In this document: in pieces, positions 7,224 through 8,040 of the stretch | Numbering within the stretch: the stretch's first letter is position 1 | Layout of the letters: every line of letters begins with the position of its first letter | From: Deinococcus radiodurans R1 = ATCC 13939 = DSM 20539 | GTDB taxonomy: Bacteria > Deinococcota > Deinococci > Deinococcales > Deinococcaceae | Assembly: GCF_000008565.1 (NCBI RefSeq) | Contig: NC_001263.1 | Span: 1,277,332-1,285,371 of the forward strand | DNA length: 8,040 nt | Direction: 5' to 3' | Notes under the pieces: generated by a model | The model's database searches: none | What the model was told of the DNA's origin: nothing | What the model saw: only the letters and a program-made list of their open reading frames with translations | Program-made: the position numbers and the translations under genes

Positions 7224-8040
7224 ATGAGAACCGTCACCGTGGGGGTCCTGGGCAGCGGCACCGTGGGCCAGAATGTCTTGCAACTGATCGAGCGGCGCCG
7301 GCCCGTGTTTGGTGACCTGGGCGTGCAAATCGAACTCGCGGGTGTGCTGGTGCGCGACGTGAACAAGGCGCGTGAGCTGCCCGCCGGGGTGCGCGTGACC
7401 GACAACTGCGACTTTTTGCAGGAGTGCGGCGTGGTCATCGAGGCGATGGGCGGCATTGAGCGCCCGCTGGAGCTGCTGCGGCCTTACCTCAAGAGCGGGC
7501 GCCCGGTGATTACCGCCAACAAGGCGCTGCTCGCCGAGAAATGGGACGAACTGCGCTCCTACGCGCTCGACGGCGACCTCTACTACGAGGCTTCGGTGAT
7601 GGCGGGCACCCCGGTCATCGGCCCCATGAGCACCGTGCTGCGGGCGAGCACCTTTACCCGCTTGCAGGCGGTGCTCAACGGCACCTGCAACTACATCCTC
7701 ACGCAGATGGAAGGCGGCAAGGACTACGCGGCGGCCCTCGCCGAGGCGCAGGCTCTCGGGTACGCCGAGGACCCACCCACCCTCGACGTGGGCGGCTTCG
7801 ACACCGCGCACAAACTGGCAGTGCTCGCCCGTTTTTGCGCCGACGGCAACTTTCCCTACGAGCAGATCGAGGTGCAGGGCATCGAGCACGTCACCCTGGA
7901 CGACATCGAACAGGCCCGGCAACGCGGCGAGCGCCTCAAGCTGGTGGCCGAGCTGCGGCGCGAGGGCCATGACACCCAGAGGGGGGGCTGGCGAGCCGTC
8001 GTCGCCCCGCAGAGCCTCCCCGCCGACCACCCGCTGTGCA
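7224..8040 (+). CDS. hom: Homoserine dehydrogenase, N-terminal about 272 codons. The 3' end lies beyond the window.
   Basis: Manual translation gives [26 protein letters not shown] (Rossmann GxGxxG), then [35 protein letters not shown] and [26 protein letters not shown]. These match the conserved NAD-binding and catalytic motifs of homoserine dehydrogenase. Not in the ORF track because it is open at the window edge. Confidence 0.92.
   Translation, partial: MRTVTVGVLGSGTVGQNVLQLIERRRPVFGDLGVQIELAGVLVRDVNKARELPAGVRVTDNCDFLQECGVVIEAMGGIERPLELLRPYLKSGRPVITANKALLAEKWDELRSYALDGDLYYEASVMAGTPVIGPMSTVLRASTFTRLQAVLNGTCNYILTQMEGGKDYAAALAEAQALGYAEDPPTLDVGGFDTAHKLAVLARFCADGNFPYEQIEVQGIEHVTLDDIEQARQRGERLKLVAELRREGHDTQRGGWRAVVAPQSLPADHPLC

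Overview
High-GC, densely coding chromosomal segment. Gene content, protein sequences and promoter layout look Deinococcus-like, but this is inference I cannot verify here. I support ten protein genes. On the minus strand: the 5' part of asnS (runs off the left edge, frame broken as sequenced), a 94-aa membrane protein, a nitroreductase-family protein, a 102-aa membrane protein, an LtrA-family membrane protein and ruvA. On the plus strand: gatC and serS. Then a minus-strand NitT/TauT (SsuA/NMT1-like) ABC substrate-binding protein and a plus-strand hom that runs off the right edge. asnS and hom are missing from the ORF track only because they are open at the window edges. I read both directly from the sequence. 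I found no rRNA, tRNA, CRISPR array, transposase, integrase or recognisable defence genes, so this is ordinary housekeeping DNA, not an accessory island. I see no convincing novel multi-gene system. Points worth a second look: (1) an apparent 1-nt deletion breaks asnS just before class-II motif 2; (2) five genes carry a -10-like hexamer 7-8 nt upstream of the ATG and no Shine-Dalgarno, suggesting leaderless mRNAs; (3) two possibly paralogous small membrane proteins are each translationally coupled to the last gene of adjacent operons; (4) ruvA lacks ruvB and overlaps an LtrA-family gene (GTGA); (5) the two longer intergenic regions hold several short repeats, palindromes and a G-quadruplex motif. 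All long ORFs antisense to these genes are treated as high-GC artefacts.
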